Assembly (NCBI GenBank): GCA_963748625.1
Contig: CAVVJT010000002.1
Span: 32,001-96,000, forward strand
Length of the DNA: 64,000 nt
Reading direction: 5' to 3'
DNA from: an uncultured Chloroflexia bacterium
GTDB taxonomy: Bacteria > Chloroflexota > Limnocylindria > Limnocylindrales > CSP1-4
This document shows positions 9,560-19,196 of this stretch, one piece after another. Made by a program: the position numbers and the translations under genes. Below the pieces are notes generated by a model. That model made no database searches and was not told the origin of the DNA. It was given only the letters and a program-made list of their open reading frames with translations. Position 1 is the stretch's first letter. Every line of letters starts with the position of its first letter.

Positions 9560-10234
9560 TCAGGCCTTGCCGCGCGACTCCAGGAGCACCGTCGTCGTCT
9601 CGGGCGGCAGGCTCGACAGGGTCACCGACAGCTTCGCCTGCACCGTGGGCTCAGCACCCATCTCGTGGAGGAACTTCTTGAGGGCCTCTTCGCAGTCCGC
9701 CTCTTCCTCGCAGACCGGCATGGGCACCACGATCTTGGGATCCAGCTGGGCGATGAGCTCGGCGGCCTTGGTGGGCGAGAGGGCCCCGCCGATGGGCACG
9801 CAGGCGATGTCGATCCGGCCGATGTCGCCCAGCTTCTCCTCGGTCATCTCGTGCCCGATGTCGCCCAGGTGGATGGTGTGCAGCCCGTCGAGCTCCGCGA
9901 CGAACGCCGTCTGGCGCCCGCGCTGCCTGCCCTTGACGCCGTCGCGATAGGTGCGCACGCCCGTAATCAGGACGTCGTGCACCTCGTACTCGCCCGGTCC
10001 GTCAAGCACGAACGCGTTCTCGAGGCTGGTGGGGATGATCGTGCCGCCATCACGCGACAGCCTCCCGGTCGCCTTCTTCGCCAGCGGTGCGTCGTCAGGA
10101 TGGCTGTACGTGATGACATCGCCCGTGATCCCGCGCCCGGTGGGCCCGACGATCGAGGGGTAGGGGTCGTTCACGACGACGGCTTCCTTGCCGCGCAGCC
10201 GGATGCAGGTTCGTCCGTACCAGGTGAGCTCCAT
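9560..10234 (-). CDS. MBL-fold metallo-hydrolase-like protein (Lactamase_B_3 type)
   Basis: ELTWYG, NDPY, GPGEYEV, HLGDIG and PKIVVPM; the HxHxDH motif is degenerate (SHPDD). Confidence 0.85.
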   Translation of the reverse strand: MELTWYGRTCIRLRGKEAVVVNDPYPSIVGPTGRGITGDVITYSHPDDAPLAKKATGRLSRDGGTIIPTSLENAFVLDGPGEYEVHDVLITGVRTYRDGVKGRQRGRQTAFVAELDGLHTIHLGDIGHEMTEEKLGDIGRIDIACVPIGGALSPTKAAELIAQLDPKIVVPMPVCEEEADCEEALKKFLHEMGAEPTVQAKLSVTLSSLPPETTTVLLESRGKA

Positions 10235-10287
10235 GCCGGTGATTCTGACACAGGCCGCTCATCCCGGGCGTATCGCGTTCGCCGGAC

Positions 10288-10367
10288 AAAGAGAAGGACC
10301 GGAGATGCCTGCCCAATCGGCATCTCCGGTCCCGAGGGAGGGAGGATGGAACCTGAGGGAGTGTTCC
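10288..10367 (-). ncRNA. Candidate small RNA (CU-rich, two hairpins, intrinsic terminator)
   Basis: Minus strand reads GGAAC-ACUCCCUCAG-GUUCC, then AUCCUCCCUCCCUC, then a 14-bp stem GGACCGGAGAUGCC/GGCAUCUCCGGUCC followed by UUCUCUUU. A promoter lies immediately upstream. Confidence 0.55.
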
Positions 10368-10374
10368 GAGGAGA

Positions 10375-10403
10375 ACCATAGTCCGCGCCTGATTCACCTC
10401 CAA
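10375..10403 (-). promoter_or_regulatory. Sigma70-like promoter of the candidate sRNA
   Basis: TTGGAG-17 nt-TATGGT on the minus strand, 7 nt before the first hairpin. Confidence 0.5.
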
Positions 10404-10491
10404 CCGGGCGAACGGTAAAGAAACGCACACCTTGGAAGCGGAACCTTCACCTTTCGAGGCAGCCCCCGGATCGCGTGGCATCATCCGCGCC

Positions 10492-11874
10492 ATGATCCCC
10501 ACTGCCAGACTGACCCGCCTCGCTGCCGTGCTCGCGGTCGCGCTCGCTGCCACCGCGTGCGGTGCCGCCGTTCCCACCGCATCGGGCACGCCCGTGCCGA
10601 CCATCGAGTCCCCGGGCTCGTCGGCCCCAGCCGCCACCCCGGGTCCCGACCCGACGCCCGTCGGCGGCTCGACCGGGTCCCCCGCGGCCGCGCTGACCTG
10701 TGACGACGACGTCACCGGCAGCCCGGCCGTCTCGGACGACACCGATCCCAACGCGCCCACCTACGCCGAGATCGAAGGGCAGGTCCAGGCGCTCCGCGGC
10801 ATCACGGCCACCACCCCGGTTGCCCGTGGCGTCTTCGACCAGGCCAGCCTGTGTGCGTACCTGCGCACGAGCTTCCGGGAGGACAACCCGGCCGACCTCA
10901 TCGCTGCCACGGAGGCGCTCTACAAGCACCTGCTCCTGATGCCCGAGGACGTGTCGCTCGAACAGCTCTACCTCGACCTGCTCACAAGCCAGGTCGCCGG
11001 GCTCTACGACGATGACGACAAGCACATGTACGTGGTCACCTCGGACGGTGATATCGGACCGGCCGAGGAGATCACCTACGCTCACGAGTTCACCCACGCG
11101 CTCCAGGACCAGCAGTTCGTGCTCAAGCAGCTGATGGGCGAGGACTTCGACCAGAGCGACCGCTCGATGGCGCGTGCCACGCTGGTGGAGGGCGACGCCA
11201 CGCTGCTGATGTCGCTCTGGGCCCAGCAGAACCTGACTGCGGCCGAGCTGGGCGAGGTCGCGTCCACCACCGATCCCGCCTCCCAGGCGGTCCTGGACCG
11301 GATGCCCGCGATCCTCAAGGACCCGCTGCTGTTCCCGTACACGCAGGGCCTGACCCTCGCGCTGACCGCGTTCACGCAGGGCGGCGGCTTCGCGGGGGTT
11401 GACGCGCTGTATGCCAACCCGCCGGCCTCCACCGAGCAGGTGCTGCACCCGGAGAAGTACGAGGCCGCGGAGGCGCCCGTGGACGTGGTGTTCCCGTCCG
11501 ATCTGGCGGCGCGGCTGGGCGACGGCTGGAAGGTGTCGATGGAGGACACGATTGGCGAGCTGCTCCTGGGCATCGTGCTCAAGGAGGGCGGCGCGACCGC
11601 CACCGGCGACGCGGCGGCAGGGTGGGGCGGCGACCGGATCGCGCTCATCGAAGGCCCCGGCGGCGAGGTGGCGGTCGTGATGGACACGGCGTGGGACACC
11701 TCCGCCGATGCCGACGAGTTCGCGGCGGCCCTCGAGCCGATGGCCGCCAAGTTGACGGCTGCCGGGCGATCCGCGTCCGTGCTGCGGCCATCCGAGGGTC
11801 GCGTGGTCCTGGTGTCGGCGACATCGCCTGACGTGATGGGCCGCGTGGCGAACGTGCTGGGCCTCGCCGAGTAG
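10492..11874 (+). CDS. Lipoprotein with zinc metallopeptidase-like domain (Hvo_1808-like)
   Basis: Signal ending ATAC, HEFTHALQDQ (HExxH), EGDA, FPY and STEQVLHPEKY motifs. Confidence 0.85.
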   Translation: MIPTARLTRLAAVLAVALAATACGAAVPTASGTPVPTIESPGSSAPAATPGPDPTPVGGSTGSPAAALTCDDDVTGSPAVSDDTDPNAPTYAEIEGQVQALRGITATTPVARGVFDQASLCAYLRTSFREDNPADLIAATEALYKHLLLMPEDVSLEQLYLDLLTSQVAGLYDDDDKHMYVVTSDGDIGPAEEITYAHEFTHALQDQQFVLKQLMGEDFDQSDRSMARATLVEGDATLLMSLWAQQNLTAAELGEVASTTDPASQAVLDRMPAILKDPLLFPYTQGLTLALTAFTQGGGFAGVDALYANPPASTEQVLHPEKYEAAEAPVDVVFPSDLAARLGDGWKVSMEDTIGELLLGIVLKEGGATATGDAAAGWGGDRIALIEGPGGEVAVVMDTAWDTSADADEFAAALEPMAAKLTAAGRSASVLRPSEGRVVLVSATSPDVMGRVANVLGLAE

Positions 11875-11904
11875 CGTTCCGCTCTCCCGGGGCATCGCGA
11901 CCGC

Positions 11905-12018
11905 TTGACCCTGCCTCGGGTCACCGGGTGACTGTCGCCGCAGGGGCCGTACTGCGAAGTCCGACTTGGCTGCACGAAGGCGCAGGTAGTCCGAGCGGGT
12001 GACTCCCAGCGGTGTCAA
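11905..12018. repeat. Long imperfect palindrome between convergent genes
   Basis: TTGACCCTGCCTCGGGTCACC matches the reverse complement of the right end (TTGACACCGCTGGGAGTCACC); central AAGTC-C-GACTT. Confidence 0.6.
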
Positions 12019-12058
12019 CGCGCCGGAAGGCTCCGACCCGGGCCGCTGAAGCCGGAAC

Positions 12059-13753
12059 CTACATCGACTCGGGCGCGGAGATCCCCAGCAGGCCCAGCGC
12101 GTTGGCGAGGGTCGTCTTCGCGGCCAGTGCCAGGGCGAGCCGCCGCGCGGACCGCTCGGGAGCGTCCGGGTCCACAACCCGTGCGTCACGGTAGAACGCG
12201 TGGAACTGGGTGGCCAGCTCGGTGGCATAGGCGGTGATGCCCTGTGTCTCCTCCGCGAGGACCGCGTCCTCGACCACCTCGGGCAGACGCGAGAGCTCCC
12301 GCGCCAGCAGCGCCTCCGGCTCGCCCTCGAGCAGACCGGCCGTGGACGAAGCGGGCGCCAGGCCCGCCTCGGACGCCTTGCGCAGGATCGACGCGATCCG
12401 CGCGTGCGCGTACTGGACGTAGTAGACGGGGTTCTCGGCTGACTGCTTCTTGGCCTGCTCGATGTCGAAGTCGAAGGCGACGTGCGCTGCACGAGAGGCG
12501 AAGAACCAGCGGGCCGCGTCCGTGCCCACCGCATCGAGCAGGTCGTCGAGGGTGACGAACGTGCCCGCCCGCTTCGACATCGACACCTCCTCGCCGTCCA
12601 GCACGAACCGGACCCAGCCGATCAGCAGCACCTGGTAGTGCTCCGGGTCGTAGCCCATCGCCTGGGCCGCGTTCTTGTTGCGGGCCACCGTCCCGTGGTG
12701 GTCCACGCCCCAGATGTAGATCAGGTGGTCGAAGCCGCGGCTGAACTTCTCGGTGACGTAGCCGATGTCGGCGGCGAAGTAGGTGGGCCGCCCGTCCGAC
12801 TTGAAGATGACGCGGTCCTTGTCGTCGCCGTAGGCCGTCGAGCGGAACCAGGTCGCCCCGTCCTGCTCGTAGACCTCGCCCGCGTCGCGCAGGCGCTCGA
12901 CGGCGCGCGCCACCCAGCCCTCGTCGTGGAGGGAGGCCTCCGACTTCCAGACGTCGAAGTGGACGCCCAGGCGCGACAGGGATGCCTCGATCATCCCGCG
13001 CACCCGGCCGGACGCCCACGCGCCGACAACCTCAGCCTCGGCGGCACCGGTTTCCTGGGAGGCCGACCACACGTCAGCGGGCAGCTCTGCCGCGAGCCCC
13101 TCCACGTACGCGCCCTTGTAGCCGTCCTCCGGCACCGGGTCGCCGCGCTTCACCGCCGCCACCGACGCGCCGAGGTGGTTGATCTGCACGCCTGAGTCAT
13201 TGAAGTAGTACTCGCGGGTCACCTCCTGGCCGCCCGCTTCGAGGACCCGGCACAGGAGATCGCCCACGAACGCCCCGCGCGCGTTGCCCACGGTGAGGGG
13301 GCCGGTCGGGTTGGCCGAGACGAACTCCACGTTGACCTTGCGCGGGTTCACGGCCGGGATCCGGCCCCAGGCCGCCGGCGCGTCCAGGACCCCGCCCACC
13401 AAGGATTCGTAGGCCGCGTCGGTCACGCGGATGTTCACGAAACCCGGCCGCGCGACCTCCGCCGAGGCGACGAGCCCGGCGCCCGCCTCGCCGCGCAGCG
13501 CCTCGGCCAGTGCCTCCGCGATCTCCAGCGGCGAGCGGCGCAGCGGGCGGGCCAGCTTCATGGCGAGATTGGACGCGAAGTCCCCAAAGGCCGCGTTCGC
13601 GGGGCGCTCGACCTCCACGGTCGGGGCGGCCACGCCCTCCTCGACGGCCGGGATTCGCCCGGCCACCACGGCGTCGGCCCAGGCCTGCTCCACGGCGGCG
13701 CGGACCAGCGTTCGGATGGCCGCAGGCGCGATGGGGGGCTGGGACGTGGACAC
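12059..13753 (-). CDS. argS: Arginine--tRNA ligase
   Basis: VEFVSANPTGPLTVGNAR, MSKRAG and NPVYYVQYAHARI motifs; AGGAGG RBS before GTG 13753. Confidence 0.97.
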   Translation of the reverse strand: MSTSQPPIAPAAIRTLVRAAVEQAWADAVVAGRIPAVEEGVAAPTVEVERPANAAFGDFASNLAMKLARPLRRSPLEIAEALAEALRGEAGAGLVASAEVARPGFVNIRVTDAAYESLVGGVLDAPAAWGRIPAVNPRKVNVEFVSANPTGPLTVGNARGAFVGDLLCRVLEAGGQEVTREYYFNDSGVQINHLGASVAAVKRGDPVPEDGYKGAYVEGLAAELPADVWSASQETGAAEAEVVGAWASGRVRGMIEASLSRLGVHFDVWKSEASLHDEGWVARAVERLRDAGEVYEQDGATWFRSTAYGDDKDRVIFKSDGRPTYFAADIGYVTEKFSRGFDHLIYIWGVDHHGTVARNKNAAQAMGYDPEHYQVLLIGWVRFVLDGEEVSMSKRAGTFVTLDDLLDAVGTDAARWFFASRAAHVAFDFDIEQAKKQSAENPVYYVQYAHARIASILRKASEAGLAPASSTAGLLEGEPEALLARELSRLPEVVEDAVLAEETQGITAYATELATQFHAFYRDARVVDPDAPERSARRLALALAAKTTLANALGLLGISAPESM

Positions 13754-14088
13754 AGGGAGCCTCCTGGAGGGCTGGCGGAAGGGTGGCGTCATGCTACCGC
13801 CCGTCTCCTGGCGGGGCCGGTACCACTGGTGCTCTACGTCAACAGTCCTAGGACCAGGCGCCCAGAAAGTAAGGCACCTGTAAGGGCATACGCAATTCGC
13901 ACTAGTACGCTTGGGTGACCCTGGCCAGTACTGGCGGGGGATCGGGGACCCGGCCCACCAGGCGTCGGGAGGAGGCCGCACCATCATCGCGGCCGTCCCG
14001 TTTCGGGGTCATCGGCGCTGTATGGCGCCACCAGCTTCGGGATCGTCAGGCTGCCAGTGCCGCGGCGGGCGATCCGGGAAGGATTGCG

Positions 14089-17000
14089 ATGTCGGGGAAG
14101 ACTCGTCCCGCGGGGCGGCAGGTGGTGCGGCGTGCCGCGGCCCTGCTGGTGGCCGTCGGGCTCATCACGGGCATCCAGCCCACCCTCGTCGCGCCGGTGC
14201 GCGCGGCGGACTCGCCGGGGGCTCCCGCAGCCCTCGCCGACCCCAACCTCCAGTGGAAGGACGCATCGAACGCCCTCGGTGGCGCGGACGACAACAGCGT
14301 CGCCACCGCCAGCGGCGACAACAAGGACCAGGGCTTCCGGGACTTCAGCTTCGGCATCCCCGCCGGGTCGATCATCAAGGGCATCACCGTCACCGCCAAC
14401 GCATGGGCGCCGGACACCGACTGCCGACTCGGTGTGCGCCTGTCGGGCAACGGCGACGCCAACACCAACTGGACCAGCTGGTCGTACAAGAACCTCTCCA
14501 CGGTGGACAGCAGCATCCTGACCTTCGGGTCTGCGAGCGACACCTGGGGCGCGGTCTGGGATCCCACCCAGACGACCAACGGCAACTTCCGCCTCCAGGT
14601 CCGCAATGACGCCCCCAGCGGCTGCGCCAGCACCCTCATCACCTCGCTCGACTGGGTCAGGGCCAGCGTCGACTACGAGACGATCACCCCTCGAACCAAG
14701 GACAACGACCCGATCAGCAAGACGGTCTGCGACGTCGCCGACTTCAACTTCGTCGTCGACATGTCCGGCTCCATCGGCGAGCAGAGCGGCAATCCGTCCA
14801 ACCTGCCCGATCTCCAGGCCGGCATCAACGGCTTTGTCGTGGCGTTCCAGGGCGCCGGCGGCGACGGCAAGTACAGCCTCACCCGCTTCAACGACAACAG
14901 CGCGAACACGCTGACCAGCGGCTACGTGTCGCCCTCGGACTTCCAGAGCGCCGTGGACGGCCTGTCGAGCCCGAGTGGCTGGACGCCCACCTCCAAGGGC
15001 ATCGACACCGGCAGGACCAACAACAGCGGTGGCCGCTCAGGCGCGCAGAACATCATGTTCGTGCTGACCGACGGCTCGCCCAACCAGCCTCCGGTCAACC
15101 CCGACACCCGCATTCCGGCCGTCTGGCTCGGCGCCGCCAACGCGGCGATCGCCTCCGCTGACGCCGCACGCAGCGGCTACGTCGTGCAGGCCGTGTACCT
15201 CGCCACCGACGGCGACCCCGGCGACACGTCCCTGCCGTTCTCGCCCGCGGGTGACCGCCAGTGGGCCACCAAGGTGATGGACGAGATCGGCGGCGGGAGC
15301 CACCTCAACGCCGACTTCGCGAACTTCGCGCTCGACCTGCTCGACCAGATCGGCTGCAACCCCCCGCAGATCACCATCGCCAAGACCGCGGTCGAGAGCC
15401 CCGTGAATGCGGGCGATCAGATCGCGTTCGACATCAGCGTCACCAACTCCGGCGAGGAGACCGCTGACGCCGTCAAAATCCACGACGTCCTGCCGGGCGA
15501 CGACAGCCTCGCGTGGGAAGTCGACAGCCAGGCCTGCTCCATCGGCAAGCAGGTGGTCGACACCAAGGACCGGTGGGTCCTCGACTGCACGATCGACAAC
15601 CTCAAGGTCGGCAAGGACAACGCCAAGACCGTGAGGGTCAGCACCAAGACCGCGCCCGCGTGCGGCACCTACGACAACACCGCCAGCTTCACCTGGAAGG
15701 ACCAGAAGGGGAGCGCAGACGCGTCCGTCAAGGTCCTCTGTGCCGCCATCTCGATTACCAAGGAGGCTGACAACGCCTCCGTCACCGCGGGCGACCCGAT
15801 CGGCTTCACGATCACCGTCAAGAGCACGGGCGATGCCCCGGCCAAGGGCGTGAAGGTCAGCGACACGCTGCCCGCCGATGCCGGCCTCGACTGGGCCATC
15901 GACGGCGGCGATGACGCGGCCAGCTGCTCCATCGCGTCCGGCACGCTCACGTGCGACTTCGACGCCATGGCACCCGGTGCCTCCAGGAACGTCCACATCT
16001 CGAGCCCCACGACCCGGGCGACGCTTGCCGACAGCCCTGTCGACAACACCGCGAAGGTCACGACCACCAACGACGGCAAGGACACGTCCTCGGACAAGGT
16101 CGACATCCTCGCGGGCAGCATCAAGATCGCGAAGGATCCCGACAAGGACGTGGTGGACGCCGGTGATCCGATCGGCTTCACCATCACGGTCACGAGCACC
16201 GGCCCCGGCACGGCCAGGGGCGCAGTCCTCACCGACACCCTGCCCACCGATGCCGGCACCTCGTGGTCGGTCGACGGCGGGACCGCCGCCGGCACCTGCA
16301 GCATCGACCTCGGTGTCCTCACCTGCAACCTCGGCGACCTGCCGAACGAGGCCGTCCGCACCGTCCACCTAACCAGCGGCACGTCCACGGCGACGGGCGC
16401 CGACTCGCCCGTCCACAACGTGGCGAAGGTCACCACCACCGCCGACGGCGAGGCCCAGGACGACGCCGACGTCGTGGTCCTGGTCGGCTCGCTCGCCTGG
16501 TCCAAGTTCGACGCCCACCAGCACCTGCTCGGCGGCGCCAGCTTCCAGGTCACCGGCCCGTCCGGCTTCGACGAGACCGTCGAGGACAACACGGGCGCCC
16601 CGGGCTACTCCGGCCTTGATGCCGACGAGACCGCGGGCGAGTTCCTCCTTGAGGACCTCATGCTCGGCGAGTACAGGGTCACCGAGACCGTGGCCCCGGC
16701 CGGGTACATGCTCGACGAGACCCCGCAGTCGGCCATCCTGACCCGGGAGCAGCTCGACGCCTCCATCGAGAGCCCGTTCGTCAACACGCTCGGCGAGCTG
16801 AGCTGGACCAAGGACAACGGCAAGGGCACGCCCATCGGCGGCGCCACGTTCTCCGTGGAGCCCGACCCGTTCACCGGCACCGGCACCCTGTCCGTGAAGG
16901 ACAACGACGCCAACGACCAGGACAAGACGGCCGGCGCGTTCCACCTTGAGGACGTCCGCGTGGGCAGCTACACGGTCACCGAGACCGCGGCGCCCGAGGG

Positions 17001-18741
17001 CTACGTGCTCGACGAGGGCTCGTGCTCGATCACCGTGGGTGAGGTCAGCGTCGATGCCAGGCTGTCGTCCGAAGTCCCGGCGTGCGCGTTCCACAACACG
17101 CCCATCCCGCCGGCCATCGCCATCATCAAGACCGCCGGCGGCAGCGCCGGCAGCCAGGCGGCCGACGACACCGCCTACAAGGCCGAGTCGTTCGCCGGCA
17201 ACGTCACCTACAAGTACGTCGTCACCAACACCGGTGAGGTCCGCCTGACCGGCGTCTGGGTCGTCGACGACAACGGCACCCCGGCCAACACCGAGGACGA
17301 CTGGCTCCCGGCCTGCTATGCGGGCGACCTCCTGCTCGTCCAGCCGTTCCAGCTCGCGGCAGGCGCGTCGGTGACGTGCTACGCGACCATGGACATCACC
17401 GAGGACACCACGAACGTCGCGACCGCCTCGGGCACGAGCGTCGGTGAAGGCACCGAGGTCTCTGCCAACGACGATGCCGCGGTCAGGATCGTGGGCCCTG
17501 CTGTGACGATCGTGAAGACGGCCGGTGGCTCGGCTGCCAGCCAGGTCGCGGACGGCGAGACCTACGCGACCGAGAACGGCACGGACAACGTCGTCTACAA
17601 GTACGTGGTCACCAACACCGGCGACACGCCGCTGACCATCACCAGTCTCTCCGACGACAAGCTCGGCTCGATCTCGGTCGAGGACTGCGACACGTGGAGT
17701 CTCCCTGACAAGGGCGACAAGGCCACGTGCACCGTCAGCGCGTCGATCTCGAAGGACACCGAGAACACCGCCAGCGTCAAGGCGACGTCCCCGGCAGGTG
17801 CCGAGGTCCAGGCCACCGACAAGGCGAACGTGATCCTCCGCCACGTCGCCATCGAGAAGGCCAACGACGCGGAAGCGCCGCTCCTCGAGGGTGACAACGT
17901 TCACTACACCCTGACCTTCGACGTCCAGAACGGGCCGATCACCAGCATGACGGTGACCGACACGCTGCCCGCCGAGGTCGTCAACCCGCGCGACTTCAGC
18001 GTCGCCCCCGCGTCCGTCGTGGGCCAGGTCATCACCTGGAACCTCTCGAACGTGGCCGACGGCGCCACCATCACCTACACCGCCACCATCGCCGACGGCA
18101 CCGCCGCCGGGAGCTACACCAACGTGGCCGAGATCACCGACGGCCCGTGCGTCGCCGGCGACTGCGATGACGACTCCACCGTGCGGGTGGTCACCGCCTC
18201 GATCAGCCTGGTCAAGACCGCTGGCAACGCTGCCGACGGGACGACCCTCAGGGTCGACAAGCCGGGCAACGTGATCTTCACGTACGTCGTGAAGAACACC
18301 GGCACCGCAGACCTCGAGAACCTCGAGCTCATCGATGACAACGCCACCCCGGCGAACACCACCGACGACGTCAAGGTCACCTGCCCGAGCACGACGCTCG
18401 CGGCCGGAGCTTCGATGACCTGCACCGCCACCCTGCCGGTGGTCGTCGGGTCCAGGACCAACATCGCCGTGGTCACTGCCAACCCGGAGCTCGACAACGA
18501 GACCGAGGTCAGCGACAGCGATGACGCCGTCGTCCTGGTTCCGGAGCCGGTGAAGCCGACCCCGAAGCCGACGCCGAAGGTCACCCCGCCCCCCACGTCC
18601 ACCATCGACGGCACGGACAACGGCACGACCGGCACCACCGGCCTGCTGCTCGTCTTCGCCGCCCTCGCCGGGCTCATGCTCGCGGTCGGGTACCTCAACC
18701 CGGCCCGCGCCACGGCCCGCAAGCGGAGCCGCAGGGGCTAG
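14089..18741 (+). CDS. Large secreted surface adhesin: vWA + DUF11-like + SpaA/CnaB-like Ig repeats + TPPPT-TM-basic C-terminal signal
   Basis: Signal peptide (…LVAPVRA-ADS); MIDAS motif DMSGS…TDG; repeated I.K.VTNTG..N.A domains; E-box YRVTETVAPAGY; C-terminus VTPPPTST-TM-RKRSRRG. Confidence 0.9.
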   Translation: MSGKTRPAGRQVVRRAAALLVAVGLITGIQPTLVAPVRAADSPGAPAALADPNLQWKDASNALGGADDNSVATASGDNKDQGFRDFSFGIPAGSIIKGITVTANAWAPDTDCRLGVRLSGNGDANTNWTSWSYKNLSTVDSSILTFGSASDTWGAVWDPTQTTNGNFRLQVRNDAPSGCASTLITSLDWVRASVDYETITPRTKDNDPISKTVCDVADFNFVVDMSGSIGEQSGNPSNLPDLQAGINGFVVAFQGAGGDGKYSLTRFNDNSANTLTSGYVSPSDFQSAVDGLSSPSGWTPTSKGIDTGRTNNSGGRSGAQNIMFVLTDGSPNQPPVNPDTRIPAVWLGAANAAIASADAARSGYVVQAVYLATDGDPGDTSLPFSPAGDRQWATKVMDEIGGGSHLNADFANFALDLLDQIGCNPPQITIAKTAVESPVNAGDQIAFDISVTNSGEETADAVKIHDVLPGDDSLAWEVDSQACSIGKQVVDTKDRWVLDCTIDNLKVGKDNAKTVRVSTKTAPACGTYDNTASFTWKDQKGSADASVKVLCAAISITKEADNASVTAGDPIGFTITVKSTGDAPAKGVKVSDTLPADAGLDWAIDGGDDAASCSIASGTLTCDFDAMAPGASRNVHISSPTTRATLADSPVDNTAKVTTTNDGKDTSSDKVDILAGSIKIAKDPDKDVVDAGDPIGFTITVTSTGPGTARGAVLTDTLPTDAGTSWSVDGGTAAGTCSIDLGVLTCNLGDLPNEAVRTVHLTSGTSTATGADSPVHNVAKVTTTADGEAQDDADVVVLVGSLAWSKFDAHQHLLGGASFQVTGPSGFDETVEDNTGAPGYSGLDADETAGEFLLEDLMLGEYRVTETVAPAGYMLDETPQSAILTREQLDASIESPFVNTLGELSWTKDNGKGTPIGGATFSVEPDPFTGTGTLSVKDNDANDQDKTAGAFHLEDVRVGSYTVTETAAPEGYVLDEGSCSITVGEVSVDARLSSEVPACAFHNTPIPPAIAIIKTAGGSAGSQAADDTAYKAESFAGNVTYKYVVTNTGEVRLTGVWVVDDNGTPANTEDDWLPACYAGDLLLVQPFQLAAGASVTCYATMDITEDTTNVATASGTSVGEGTEVSANDDAAVRIVGPAVTIVKTAGGSAASQVADGETYATENGTDNVVYKYVVTNTGDTPLTITSLSDDKLGSISVEDCDTWSLPDKGDKATCTVSASISKDTENTASVKATSPAGAEVQATDKANVILRHVAIEKANDAEAPLLEGDNVHYTLTFDVQNGPITSMTVTDTLPAEVVNPRDFSVAPASVVGQVITWNLSNVADGATITYTATIADGTAAGSYTNVAEITDGPCVAGDCDDDSTVRVVTASISLVKTAGNAADGTTLRVDKPGNVIFTYVVKNTGTADLENLELIDDNATPANTTDDVKVTCPSTTLAAGASMTCTATLPVVVGSRTNIAVVTANPELDNETEVSDSDDAVVLVPEPVKPTPKPTPKVTPPPTSTIDGTDNGTTGTTGLLLVFAALAGLMLAVGYLNPARATARKRSRRG

Positions 18742-18850
18742 CCCCTGACGGCACCGGGGCCGGTCACCGGCCGGCCCCGGGCCACCCGCACCCAACCCTT
18801 GGGGTCCCCGAGACCCGGACGGGACGCACCGGCCTGAGTGCGTCCCGTCT
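17844..18850 (+). repeat. ~1 kb direct repeat, copy A (3' part of adhesin 1 plus terminator)
   Basis: Matches 24354-25360 (offset 6510); the only difference I found is at 18831/25341. Confidence 0.95.
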
Positions 18851-18856
18851 CTTTGT
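18818..18856 (+). terminator. Intrinsic terminator
   Basis: GACGGGACGCAC-loop-GTGCGTCCCGTC followed by TCTTTG. Confidence 0.75.
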
Positions 18857-19196
18857 GTGTCGGGACCCGTACTTCCGTACCAGTCGGGAACGGAGCGCGC
18901 GTCGGCCGTCATGCGCCCGGGACGGTGCCATGGCGCACCGCTATCGTCCCGCTGCCTCCCTCCCGGGCATGCGGTGCAGGCTATTTCCTACGTAAATCGG
19001 ACTATGGAACGCGACATTTGACTAGTACTTTAGGCGCTCTGTAAGGACTACTGTCGGTAGTCCACGGAGGTCCGCCCGCAATGGGCTCCGTTCGGACCGG
19101 CGCCAAACCGGACACTTCAGGCCCCGGTCGCCGGGCAGCACTCATAGGAGTTGGCGGTATCGCCAGTCACCGTCCCACTGGGAGGTCAGGGAAGAA

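Noticed and set aside
13754-13900. T-box leader upstream of argS
   Set aside because: No T-box consensus (AAGGTGGTACC-like antiterminator plus terminator) is seen, and a -10-like TAGCAT lies close to the RBS.
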